Shown piece by piece: positions 1 through 12,094 of a DNA stretch of 64,000 nucleotides. This stretch comes from Octopus bimaculoides. Taxonomy: Eukaryota. The notes beneath the pieces are model-generated. The model saw nothing but the letters and a program-made list of their open reading frames with translations. It did not search any database and had not been told where the DNA came from. Every line of letters starts with the position of its first letter. Within the stretch, counting starts at the first letter, position 1. Location: positions 90,021,354-90,085,353 of the forward strand of contig NC_068985.1 in the NCBI RefSeq assembly GCF_001194135.2, given 5' to 3'. The position numbers and the translations under genes were made by a program.

Positions 1-88
<88 letters not shown>

Positions 89-105
89 GTTAATATTATT
101 ATTAT
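1..105. repeat. (TAT)n / (AAT)n microsatellite running off the window start
   Basis: Near-perfect TAT array for about 88 nt, then degenerate to about 105. Confidence 0.97.
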
Positions 106-189
106 CATCATTTCAAAAGGTTTGACGTAAATCCTCGTAAAGGTAAATAGATGATACAGAGCACAATGCGATTGCAATAGATATTTTAT

Positions 190-995
190 TGAATGAACAG
201 TCACATATTTAGGTCTGCCACTGGTTCTTCCGCCTACCACTTCACCCTTCAACATCTTCCTTACCATCCGCTCCTTATCCATCCGCTTCATGTAGCGAAA
301 CCTCCTCATAACTCGTATTTCCAATTTGGTTGCTAATTTTTCTATCATTCCTGCTCGTCTTCGTGCCTCCACATTCCTCATCCTGTCCATCCGTGTCACA
401 CCAGCCATAACTCTCAGGCATCTCATTTCAAACATATCTAGTCGCCGTTTTTCCGCCAATCTCAGTGCCCACGTCTCTTCACCACGTAATATTGTTGGCA
501 CAATTACCACCTCATACACACTTACATTCATTTTCATACTGAATATTTTATCTCCAAGTATACCTTTCACAGCCCCACTTAACTTACTCCTCTTCCGCAC
601 TCTATAACTCACCGCCTCAGCCGTCACATGTAACCCCAAATATTTAAGAACACACATCTCTAAAATCCTATCAGCCATTCAATCTCTCGAATATCTCATC
701 ACCTTATTCTTAGTTACGTTCACTTTCTGTTTCCTCCTGTTACACACTCTTCCAAACGCTACGACTAGTCTTCTCAGTTGCTCTTCCGAATTCGCCACCA
801 GTGCTGTATAATTAGCAAACAACAACTAACTGACTTGCCATTTCTCTTCACTCTCTACAACCATTTGGGTTCGCTTACAAAGTGTTCTATCAGTTACCTA
901 TCTCACCAAACAGCCACTAAGAGATCACACAACCCCGTCTTAACCTCACTTTCACATCAGACCATTCACTTACTTCACCAACCACCTTAAAGCAC
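190..995 (-). mobile_element. RTE-clade LINE fragment (RT C-terminal half), degraded
   Basis: Minus-strand translation gives LLFANYTALVA (decayed LLFADD), LKYLG, VYEVVIVPTILRGEETWAL, KRRLDMFEMRCLRVMAGVTRMDRMRN and GRPK, all RTE-type RT/post-RT motifs. There are stops and frameshifts upstream of about 650. Confidence 0.88.
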
Positions 996-2169
996 GCCTT
1001 ACATTCCCAATAGAGATTATAGATATTCAAATTCAAAAGTTGAACGTGTGCAACCAGCGTTCCCACGTTGATGGAATAACATCATCAGTCTTCAATTTTC
1101 AAGTATACAACTGGGAAAAGAAGGAGAAATTAGAAAAGAGAAAAATGAAAGGAAAAAAATAAATAAATAAAGAATGTCTTCCAGATAACCATGATGGTTC
1201 GCAGTCATCTGATTCCATCTCGATACGTATCTGCATTTTATTGCTAACTTAGTAATATGCATTACTCATATCAATGCCGAGTTTTGATTCATGGATTGTA
1301 ATCCTTCCTGGGCCAGTGGATCTTGTCAGCGTTTCATTTAGCTTCATGTGCTTCTAGCGCAGGGCTTGGAAGTTATGCATGTTATCCTCAGCTCATCCAC
1401 TTCTTCAGGAGACCTGTACTCCGTGAGGGATTGTGTCGTCTGCATTGCTTGCAAGGTTAACTATCTGTTTTGTTATGGGCATGTCTCAGACGGCCACTAT
1501 GCTTAGCAACAGCATTAAGTAAATCCAGCCCCACATACATGTGTATATCTTTTAAATCTGTTTACGTTTTAATATCCAATCAGAACACCTATTTCATTAC
1601 GCCGGCCATTCTAATGATGCTCAATGGTGAACCAGTCTTTGTGGGTTGCATAGATCTCTACCGGTATAATGGAGGATAAAAATACTAACAACAATAATTC
1701 TTGGATGGAACTGATAAACATTTAATGTATTGTTATGCGCATTTCTACAAATCAAGTGTATTTTAAGATCATAGTACATATTTCTACCATTACAGTGTAG
1801 TATGTAGTATCCGTGGGCATTGGGTTGATTCTCTTTATGTATTTCTTTCTCCAGTAGATATGACATTAAAGGATGTACGACAGAGGGATGCTTATCCCTT
1901 TTAACCCGTATAAATTTTAACTGAGTTATGCGGGTATTTTTGTGTGTATATAGTGGGGAGTAGGAGAAGGTTTAGGTGCGTGGATATATATATACATACA
2001 AACATATATGTTTTCCTTCCACTATTCCTGAGAGGGGCAGCGCCTCCATAATTTCTTATTATATGTAATCTTTATTAGTCTTTTATGCTAGATACTAAAA
2101 CATTTCCAACAGAATCTTGTAACATTATCTAACCATCCTATTCTTTTTTATCTTATTTTGTTATTACCT

Positions 2170-2400
2170 CATACAGACAACCATATTTGACGGCAGGCAT
2201 GAAAACGGAACTCAAGACAGCGAATTTCGCATTTGTAATGATTTCTCTTCATTTGAGCATAGAATCCTGCCAGCGCCTACACTTACAGAATGCAGCACCG
2301 ACTTTTCGTCTTCCCATGAACCGTGCAGACAATAACGAGGTACTTAAATTTCAGCACTTCTCTCAGTGAAGTTCCACAAACATGTAGAGTATACAAGGAA
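2170..2400 (-). mobile_element. Short degraded RTE-like LINE RT fragment
   Basis: Minus strand reads LHVCGTSLREVLKFKYLV, then after a frameshift EIITNAKFAVLSSVFMPAVKYG. These resemble the FKYLG and AKLAVF..VF.P.L.YG motifs. Confidence 0.6.
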
Positions 2401-3726
2401 TACTCTCTGAAAAGGCCCACTGACACAAGATCCCTAATATTAATTCTAATCCCTGCTTTACATTACTTGGCAGTACTTGGTGAAGTACTTGGTGAAGGTT
2501 ACCATCTGATTAACCAATGGTATTATATCATCTGCAAACATCACCCGGCCGATCCTTCTCACAAAGAATGTGAATATATGTCTATTTCATACACATTATG
2601 AAACAGAGTGACGGGTAAATACAGCTTTGTCAAAGACCAATAGGAAACGTTATTTAAATAGTTTCGGACCATTAGATTCATAAGACTCAAGTTATTGAAA
2701 AATTAGATAAATTATGTGCAAGTATTCCGAAAGCGAAACAGCGATGGTGTGGAAATAACATTCTTAGAACAGAAATATTCAGGCTTTTGAGTAAATATTC
2801 TGTTTGCACATTTCTAAAAGACAAACGAAGCTGGAAGAGAAGCACTCCCCAACCAAAATATTTTTTGAATATTCAAATTTATAATATCGAATGTCTAATT
2901 CAATCAGTCAATAAATGAATTTGTAATTTTATGTAATTATCATCGAAATGTATATGAGGGATAACTCTAATTACTTTTTATTTCCGTTTTCAGTGAATGT
3001 AAATCTCCGATAAAAACGATTTTATATCATATTAATATTCTGTACCGATATATTTCTCAATACTTGTTTTGGTTAAACTGTGATTATTTTGACAGTGTTT
3101 ATCAAGAGATACATCATCATCGTCGTATATAAATAGAAAAGCTTTCTAACGATTATGTCAAATGATTATGTTGAACATTTTATTCAGTAAAATTATTGCA
3201 AAAAATATGTTTGTTGGAATTTATCAATGAATTTATATAAAAGTTGTGCAATTAATGTCAAAACGTTTACAAGATTTTACAAAATGTACAAAGATAAAAA
3301 AAATTTTACATTACATCTTCTACGACATCCACCAATTCATAAGGCGAATGTGTAATCGTTATAACAACATTTCAACTGAGTGTAAATAAAATACACCTGG
3401 ATTTTAATCCAGCGATTTATACGTTATTTACTTTAAATGTATTTAAGGTGAAATTATTTTAATCGCAACTGCTACATTTACTTTACATTTATCAAATTTA
3501 ATTGGATATATTTTTTTTATCTCCGAACGATAATATGCAATAAAGCATATGCATATACGTACACTACAACGCAGATATTTATGTATGAATTTATACTTAT
3601 ATGTATATATATATAATATGGTATACACAGATGTATATGTGTGTAATTATACATATGTGGTTATATATATGATATCTACTACACACACAAACACATTTAT
3701 TCATATATCTGTCTACACACATATAG

Positions 3727-3817
<91 letters not shown>

Positions 3818-3964
3818 NNNNNNNNNNNNNNNNNNNNNNNNNNNNNNNNNNNNNNNNNNNNNNNNNNNNNNNNNNNNNNNNNNNNNNNNNNNNNNNNNNN
3901 NNNNNNNNNNNNNNNNNNNNNNNNNNNNNNNNNNNNNNNNNNNNNNNNNNNNNNNNNNNNNNNN

Positions 3965-3995
<31 letters not shown>

Positions 3996-4457
3996 CAAAT
4001 CCACTCGAAATATATATTTCCGTTTCTAAATAAACATCGGATTGAATACAAAAGGTAAACATCGGCTTGAAAATACGTTTGGATAGGAAAATGGAATGCT
4101 GTCCCTTGACCTCGAAACGAGGTATCCTGTAAACCTGTAAAGTCTACTACCACCGTACCAATATACTCCTAGGAGTTTCTCGCGACATTTTAGTGACTTT
4201 ATTCTAACCTCCGAGAATTGTATGTTGGTGCCGACCATGTAGCCGCTCACGTTTTGCTTCTCAAAACTATCTGCTGTTCTTCCTTTTACTCTTCTCTCGT
4301 CTTTCTTCCACTATCCAACCATAATGATACGTGATATTTTGACGTTTAATTTCCCAGCTGAACTTTCACTTGCAGTCAAACTAATATATTCAGAGGGTAC
4401 GTTTATATGACTGCTTTTCTATTTTACTTTATGAAGTCGCAGTTCGTCACACGTAGG

Positions 4458-4495
<38 letters not shown>

Positions 4496-4530
4496 CACAC
4501 ATACACACGAACGCACGCACGAGCGCGCAA

Positions 4531-4577
<47 letters not shown>

Positions 4578-4621
4578 GTCTTAATAAAATTGAAGATGGA
4601 ATATGTAGTAGACTTTATTGG

Positions 4622-4661
4622 GTACGACACGTTTCGACCCGTTCTGGATTTCTTCAGATAC
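4622..4661 (-). ncRNA. Minimal type I hammerhead ribozyme motif (PLE-type), solo
   Basis: Minus strand reads GTAT-CTGAAGA-A-ATCC-AGAAC-GGGT-C-GAAA-CGTG-TC-GTAC, with an intact CUGANGA/GAAA/UH core. Stem I is GTAT:GTAC, stem II is ATCC:GGGT and stem III is near-palindromic (ACGTGT). AATAAA follows 2 nt later. Confidence 0.7.
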
Positions 4662-4707
4662 ATAAAAAACAATTCTCCTTAGAGATTTCTTGATTCGACT
4701 TACGTAC

Positions 4708-4827
4708 CGCTTTGGAGAATGAGTAAAATCAGAGAAAAATTATTGAAACACAAAATTTCAAATATGAACGTGGAAAGTATACATTCAGGTTTAGAGAAAA
4801 TGACATAATTAGCTTTCGCTGTTGTAA
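4708..4827 (-). other. Candidate internal exon (120 nt, phase 1-1) of an unidentified minus-strand transcript
   Basis: Acceptor ttctttcaacttctacatccatttctttctgtacacag| and donor AGCG|gtacgt (alternative |gtaagt 4 nt further). One frame is open (xTTAKANYVIFSKPECILSTFIFEILCFNNFSLILLILQS) but shows no recognisable homology. Confidence 0.4.
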
Positions 4828-5145
4828 CTGTGTACAGAAAGAAATGGATGTAGAAGTTGAAAGAAATATAATACTTAGACGAAAATCTTTTTGTGTTTAT
4901 ACTTAGACGCATATGTACACACACAGATATGTATATATATATATATACATNNNNNNNNNNNNNNNNNNNNNNNNNNNNNNNNNNNNNNNNNNNNNNNNNN
5001 NNNNNNNNNNNNNNNNNNNNNNNNNNNNNNNNNNNNNNNNNNNNNNNNNNNNNNNNNNNNNNNNNNNNNNNNNNNNNNNNNNNNNNNNNNNNNNNNNNNN
5101 NNNNNNNNNNNNNNNNNNNNNNNNNNNNNNNNNNNNNNNNNNNNN

Positions 5146-5177
<32 letters not shown>

Positions 5178-5589
5178 TATGCGGATCTATATTGCCAGAT
5201 CATATGTTTTATAATGTGACGGTTGAATATATTTTCGGTTAATTCTGTTTGTTTTGGTGTTTGGTGCGGCAATTGGATTTAATTTGTTGTATGTTACAAG
5301 ATTTTTCTAACACATGGTTGATTCTAATGTGCCTGGGTTTGGTTAGTTTTACCTTATGGTTTGGGATTCTGCTGTGTAGCTTTAGAATGTGTGTGCGTAG
5401 TTATTTTTGTGTTTGGTAAGGTTGTTATTATGAATCTTATTATTACTTTTACTATTACATATATATCATTTATTTATATAGCTTTTCTTCTCTTCTATGT
5501 CAGGCTTCGCTTTCTTCAGCCTTTTGCCGAAGCTCATCCTAACGTTTCAGTGAAGCATCTTTTCTAAAGTCAGATAACCTCGAATTCTC

Positions 5590-5800
5590 CATACCTTGCG
5601 GCGACTATATTAGGGATCAATAAACCTAGCTAGCGAGAACGAATGTTGGCAATAGGACCAGCATACATCTCTTTTGTCCCTTGTTACGAATGATCATACA
5701 ATCAAACCCCACACTCGCCTGCACATTGTTGTCGGCGTCGGATTATGCACACGAAACGTCATTACTTATGTGGACTGCCAGGTCATGCAGGTACTACAAC
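5590..5800 (-). mobile_element. Highly degraded CR1/L2-like LINE remnant
   Basis: Minus strand reads HDLAVHISNDVS...IIRNKGQKRCMLVLLPTFVLAS, loosely matching the segment seen at 63654-63900 (ILRTCRTRDREAILVLCRIFILSR). Confidence 0.35.
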
Positions 5801-7069
5801 GCTGGTGTTTTTGCTACACTATCAGGAGGAAATAGAATTTTATATTTCGTAACACAGCAGGAATTTTTGAGTGTGAAAACAAAATATCATTTGAAATGTA
5901 TCATGATATTTTTTTTTACGAAATTCACTATCACGAATGTCTGAGAATAACCGGTTGTGATTCTGTGAACGTTGTTTTTTTTAGTGACAGAAATTATTTT
6001 GATATCGAAAGTATACAAAATATTACAAGTTTTATCATTTCGTAAAGGAGAAAAAAAATATGTATAGTTTTGAATATTGCCGCAATATTTCATACTAAAT
6101 GTTAAGAAAATGTTAACAACATGGTTAGGCAAAATAAACCTTATGAGTGATTGACATAGTCTTATTCAAATCTTTGAGTTCGAGAATAATATTGTGGCTG
6201 TGTATGAATTATTTAACTTTTCGTCATCTGGTGGCGAAATATATTTTCTGCAGTGTATATAAAATAATGTTGCTTCTTTTCTAAATCGGTTCTACCCCAT
6301 TAAATTAATGGCACATTGTTATTTCAGTTGTCTATTGATAAGAAATATTTCATGCTATCTCTATATTATCAAAGCAGAATGATTTCTTTGAAAATCTAGA
6401 AATATTCAGTACCGTGATTATTGGGTCATATTTCATGATTTAGATATTCAAATCACATTTTCAGACAAAGTTCTGTTGCAATCATAGACACTTTTTGTTA
6501 AATACATACATAAATCATATACAGTATTTGAAAATATTCGCAAAATTATTTGATAAATTAATATTGAGAAAAAATTACTTCGGGGAAATATTTCACGCAC
6601 ATTTGGACCCAATTGTTCGGTCCAAAGTAGGTAGAAGTCAAATGGTCACGTATTCCATCAACCAAAATCAAATTCTTCAGTGATAGTATTTATTAGACAA
6701 CTATATATTTCAATTATGGTCTCCGCTTTTGTATTGGCTGCAAGCAAATTGAAATTTGAGAAACATATCTGAGCGCAGAAATCTTATTTCTTTTTGACAA
6801 GGAAAATAATGACAATGCTGGCATTCACCATGGGCCATACAAGCGTGAGAGATATGAACATAGTTATCGCTCAATAGAATTATTAATTTTATATCCAATA
6901 ATAATGGTTTGACGGTTGGGTACCACGGGTTCAAATTTACCTTTTAAAAGTTGAAAATATAAATAGTATAACGCAGGGATTTTTTTTTGTCGCTCCCGCA
7001 TTTCGATATAAGATACATAATTTCGCGTCTATTCATGTTCCTTTTTGTCTTAGAGATTTCAAATATTGT

Positions 7070-7224
7070 ATATCTTTACGTTCTGAGTTCAAATTCCACC
7101 GAGGTCGACTTTGTCTTTACTCCTTTCGGAATCGATGAAATAAGTAGCTGTTGATCAATGAAGGCGACGTAAACGACTTACTCCCTCTTCGATTATTGCT
7201 GGCCTTGCATCCAAATTTGAAACC
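7070..7224 (+). mobile_element. tRNA-derived SINE, 5'-truncated (same family as the 10-12 kb copies)
   Basis: Contains TTTACGTTCTGAGTTCAAATTCC (B-box) and GAGGTCGACTTTG, shared in reverse complement with the copies at 10043-10585 and 11671-12094. Confidence 0.85.
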
Positions 7225-7282
7225 TATATGACGAAATCATCACAATTTCACTTCTAATATTAAAGAGATGAGGAATTGTTTA

Positions 7283-7530
7283 CATATGGCGTAGTGGTTA
7301 AGAGTGCGAGCTACTAACCCCAAGATTCCGACTTCGATATCAGGAAGTGACCTGATTAATAATAATGATAATAATAACAACAACAACAACATCGAAAAAT
7401 ACCATAGGAATGAGAACCCAGGTTCAAAATTTCCACAAGACATCTGATAAGCGCTGGAGGGTATATCAGCCGAAAAGTTGTTTTAACAGCAAACAAGATG
7501 AGGACAAATATTCGTCAAATGTAAATAATG
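7283..7530 (+). mobile_element. Composite retroposon: tRNA-like head, (AAT/AAC)n spacer and hammerhead-containing tail
   Basis: A-box TGGCGTAGTGG and decayed B-box ACTTCGATATC, then a microsatellite at 7337-7390, then CTGATAA-GCGCTG-GAGGGTATAT-CAGCC-GAAA at 7444-7475. The whole layout is repeated, inverted, at 58755-59007. Confidence 0.8.
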
Positions 7531-10042
7531 CATATCATTATTTATTTATCAAAAAATATCCCGAGAGATTTATATATTACGTAGACTTGTATAGCTTTCC
7601 TGTTTTGAATAGTAGGTTAAAATGTCAGGAACTTGTCAAAACCAACCATATATCGCATAATTAACAATAAAGAAAAACCCAATCAATATTTCATATTTCA
7701 ATACACTACTAAAATATTTTTAGATGTAATTAATATTTTGCTTATCTATTTCTTGCTCTTATTTATTTTATCATTCTCTAAATTTTCTATAAATTAATTA
7801 GAATAATTTAATTATTTTGATATTTGATATACGAAGCAACGCGTATATTTATGTATATTCTGTTGTAGGCATTCGCTTTCCTTATTCTAACTCGCTTCAA
7901 TTCCATTCTCTTTCATTTTGGTTTTATTTAATATAAAATAATTCATATTGTTTTCAATTGCCTTTTTATTCAACATTAATTGCATTCAAATAAAGGAAAT
8001 TATTCATATAAACTATGTTTACATTTATAATGTAATTAAAGTGTATTTTATGGCACCTAAACTCACATATATTATGATATTCAAATAAATATGTTTGATT
8101 GTAATGGCAATATTTGAAAAATATACTATACACCGTACCATTTACCAATGCGTTGATAGATTACTGAATATCAAGATGAATACATCCAAATTGGATTGTC
8201 CATGTTCATTAGCAATACTGACATTTCATACAAAATAACTTTTTCGTAGTGTTGGTCATACGTAATTAAAATCTGACAGATAACAATGTCTCTCGTTAAA
8301 CGGGTTCATGAGTGGAATTTTGACATTTATCAACGCCACCGTTGCACATTTTTATATGCCTTATATATTATGCCTTATATATCCAATCCATTATGGTTAA
8401 ACAAGCACGCTTATACTACAATTACAACTAAAACAGACCTGAAACTTACAGATTTATGCATTCCTTGTTTCATGATGACAAAAACTAAGTAAAATAAAGA
8501 ATTTCAGAAATGTTATTGATTAACTGTATTTTTATGTAAAATAGCATTATTATTTAGAAGTGTCCGAATAATCAAATGCAGCATGACTGCAACTGGAATG
8601 GTTATAAAAGCAAACGAGCCTCTAAGTGGACATTCAATGGAATACTTACAATATATTTTATTTTCTAAAGGCTTCTATTACGACATATATCATGAATGTC
8701 TCGTGATGCATGCATAACCTTACATGCGTTCATACATACACACATATATGCAGGCATACTTACAAACACACATACATACAAGCATTAATACATACATGCA
8801 TGAATACATACATGCATACATGGTCGTGTCTCTTAGATATATTTGTATAGTTCTGTTTTCTAAACAGAACAGTATGCTAAAAAATGTCCCAGATAGTGAC
8901 TCGCTGCAATGAATGGAACGTATACCTGCTTCATTTACTGATCGCGCATTGATATATGTTTCAGTTGTTGATAATTTAATCTAACACAATACGGTTCTTC
9001 ATACGAGTATTTAGCTTACCAAAGAAAGCGGTTTGGATAAATAAAAAAAAGATCAATAAAGCCGAGGTACCTTGAACACACGGTTTCCCAACAGAAATCA
9101 GGCTAATTAGTTGTGAAACATTTAATCTAATTTATTTAATATGATAACAGAAATTTTGGAAAATAACTCGTATAACTCATATACCAGAACATGGGATTGA
9201 TAGGATTATCACAGCTTCGTGTGATAATTCTCATTGCATTGCTCTCTTTTTGTCCGTCGGTGAGGCAATAAACATGAATCATTTCTCCCTCAGCAGTCCC
9301 TGCATCACAATCAGATTTATTGATTTATTAATGAGAAACGTTTACAATGGACGAAATTTTCCCAGCAAAGCGACGTTACCAAATATGCATCGATCAGCAA
9401 GTGCCTGGATGACAAATTTGCATTGACTTAACAATCTCCATAAATAATATTCCCTAAGAGATGTTGTCAAATGTTCATGAAAGTCCAGTTTTGTGCCTAA
9501 GTTTATGAGCATCATAAGAAGAAGGCTCGACGAACATTTGGTGCGAATATTTCTAGTGAAATTCTAATGTAGGAGGAATGAAAATTGCGCGAAATTGATG
9601 TCTCTTACACTATTTTCAGTATTTTTTTCCACCTTTCATATTTAAGTTGTAGTTTCTATTTCAGGTGTAGAACAAAAGAAAAGAACGGAAGTATTCTACT
9701 GAGTCGAATACCTTTAAAATTGTTTGGCGTGTAAATGGTTTTTGTTTAAAGATGCTGTTGATATAAAGAAAAACTTATTAGGCTTTTAACGGATTGATGC
9801 TTGCTTGCGTTTGATGTCACTGATATATTGAAGAAGAAAAATTACTACTGCATCTAGTGATCCTTCCTTTACTCCAAACACCTGTGTAAATGGCATCAGT
9901 TTGGGCGAAGCTGAGACAATTTTTATGTCATAGATGTAGTTTATTTCAAAGATGAACCTTCATGCTGATATCCATTAATTAATCTATTCAAAGTTTTGTG
10001 GAATGAAGCTAATATTTTTTTAGTGCATTCGTTGTATCTGAA

Positions 10043-10241
10043 TTCTTTTCTACTCTAGGCACAAGGCCTGAAATTTTTGGGGAGGGAACCAGTCGATTAG
10101 ATCGACCCGAGTACGTATCAGGTCCTTAATTTATCGACCTCCGAAAGGACGAAAGGTAAAGTCGACCTCGGAGGAATTTGAACTCAACGTAAATACAGAC
10201 GAAATACCGCTAAGCATTTCTCCCGGCATGCTAACGTTTCT
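10043..10241 (-). mobile_element. tRNA-derived SINE copy
   Basis: Family motifs GGAATTTGAACTCA, GACGAAATACCGCTAAGCATTTC and GCTAACGTTTCT; the extreme head is missing. Confidence 0.88.
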
Positions 10242-10585
10242 TATTTCTTTAATGCCCACAAAGGGGCTAAACGTAGAGGGGACAAACAAGGACAGACAAA
10301 GGGGTACATCTTTGTAGAAATTTGTAAAATTATTTGATACATTCCTACAGTGTGTAGAAATTAATAAAATCATTTGATACGCAAAAATGCTACAGAAATA
10401 GATAACTTAGAACTATCGATCCCACATTACATCGACCCCAGTGCGTAACTGGAACTTAATTTATCGACCGCAAAAGATGTCAGGCAAAGTCGACGTCGGC
10501 GGAATTTGAACTCAGAACGTACCGGCAGACGAAATACCGCTAAGCATTTTGCCCAGCATGCTAAGGTTTCTGCCAGCTCGCCGCT
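10242..10585 (-). mobile_element. tRNA-derived SINE copy interrupted by a 110-bp AT-rich insert (10307-10416)
   Basis: Tail variant TTTCTTTAATGCCCACAAAGGGGCTAAAC at 10242-10305. The body resumes at about 10417 and ends with the head GCCAGCTCGCCGC. Confidence 0.85.
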
Positions 10586-11670
10586 TTCGTTGTATCTCAA
10601 TTCTAGATACAAGTAGAGAATCTAACAGCCGTGCTCCGATTCTAGCTTTGCCTTGTATACATAACGTAATTAAATTATATTTGGCAACAGAATATGCGTT
10701 GGAGCTTGCAAGAAAATTTGTCTGTCGTGTGGTTTTAAATTCAAGTGACAGATAAAAACACCAAAACTAGACAATGAAATAATCCAAAATGTTACGTACG
10801 TCATCACTATGTGAGATTTCCTGACCATTCTAACGATTTTTGCATTAATAATGAAACTTGATAAAGCTTATAACTGAACTGAAAAGCAGAAAACTTTTAA
10901 ATAAGAAGCCTAAAAAAATATACAAGTGCGTAGAACGCAATGCATATCACCTGGAGAAAAATATTTGAGTCAAAGAAAGCGGTTTGCAAATAGAGCTGAC
11001 AAGGAGCGTTTATTTAATAAATGGTGCACTGGTTTGGTCATGTGCCTGTTATTGGTTCCAAAATGAGAGGCTGCGATCTCAGATAATAAAGTACACACAC
11101 TAAATAGTACGCATTTCAATATATCTATCATTGTAAACAGTTATGTATCATATATGTTCAACTATTTCTGCTACCGTTTTTATGCCATTAAATTTAAACA
11201 TTGGTAGTATAAAGCGCTGCTACAATAAGTTTCAGACATGCATTATTTGTTTGAGAACTTGTCACATGACTAGTGGAAATAAGTACATGCTTCTACGGGA
11301 CATTATAATCAACAGTATTTTTAGCTATACTTTTATATTATACTTTTAGTTCTATACTATTATCGTATGTGCATAAGCTGTGAATGAAGAATTTACACAC
11401 AATGTAATAACGGAAATTTTGTTTTTGTTTTTTTTTTCAACAGGAAGCAGTAACCTCGTTCAAACTATGGTTACATTTCACTATTCGAAATGATAAGAGT
11501 GCAACTGTTGGAGAGCGAAACTAAATAACATAATATCGGGTTTACAGGAATCTCTTAGTATGATATGTATGGCTTGGATAAATGTAGATTAACGTAAATG
11601 TAGTAACACAATACCACAAATCATCATATACGTATTTTGCTTTAAAAAGCAAATAATTCAGATTTATATT

Positions 11671-11878
11671 CCTTTCTACTCTAGGTGCAAGGCCTATAAT
11701 TTTGGGGAAGGGGCCAGTTAATTAGATCGACATCAGTACGCAACGGGTACTTAATTTATCGACCCCGAAATTATGAAAGGGAGAGTCGACTTGGCGGAAT
11801 TTCAACTCAATGTAACGGCAGACAAAGTACCGCAAATATTTCGCCCGGCGAGCTAACGATTCTGCCAGCTCGCAAGCT
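11671..11878 (-). mobile_element. tRNA-derived SINE copy (first of a tandem pair)
   Basis: TTTCTACTCTAGG tail, GCGGAATTTCAACTCA, and GCCAGCTCGC head. Confidence 0.85.
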
Positions 11879-11895
11879 TAGTGCAGATTTATATT

Positions 11896-12094
11896 ATTTT
11901 CTACTCTAAGCAGAAGGCCTGAAATTTTGGAGAAGGGGGCCAGTCGATTACCTACTACACAACGGGTACTTCATTTCTCGACCACGAAAATATGAAAGAT
12001 AGAGTCAACCTCGGTGGAATTTGAACTCAGAACGTAACGGCAGACAAAAAGCATTTCACCCGGTGTGCTAACGATTCTCTCAGCGTGCCGCCTT
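11896..12094 (-). mobile_element. tRNA-derived SINE copy (second of a tandem pair)
   Basis: TTTTCTACTCTAAG tail, GGAATTTGAACTCAGAACGTAACGGCAGAC, and GCCGCC head. Confidence 0.85.

Noticed and set aside
1-650. Minus-strand frame open from about 650 through the (AAT)n array to the window edge, as if the array were the LINE tail or a poly-Ile domain
   Set aside because: RT similarity ends at GRPK (about 200). The intervening 90 bp is unrelated, and ATA repeats simply lack stop codons.
326-990. Plus-strand ORFs 326-607 and 778-990
   Set aside because: They are antisense shadows of the RTE fragment.
3549-5272. Long ORF-track entries rich in YI/HT/CV/X (also at 13.3-14.8, 18.4, 21.5, 33.2, 34.3, 35, 40.6, 43.6, 48.7, 52.4 and 58 kb)
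   Set aside because: They are translations of dinucleotide microsatellites and N gaps, not genes.
5490-5560. CTGAAGA and GAAACG motifs on the minus strand resembling a hammerhead
   Set aside because: The motifs are in the wrong order and no convincing stems I-III can be drawn.
6710-6934. ORF with CMAHGECQHCHYFPC suggesting a metal-binding peptide
   Set aside because: It is short, starts at a non-ATG codon, and has no recognisable family or supporting exon structure.
7283-7360. tRNA gene calls for the tRNA-like heads (also at about 58930-59007, 62865 and 29015)
   Set aside because: A and B boxes are present but there is no complete cloverleaf or acceptor stem, and the heads are embedded in SINE bodies.
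8140-8260. Minus-strand peptide NVSIANEHGQSNLDV resembling an Ig-domain strand
   Set aside because: It is flanked by in-frame stops and has no usable splice sites.
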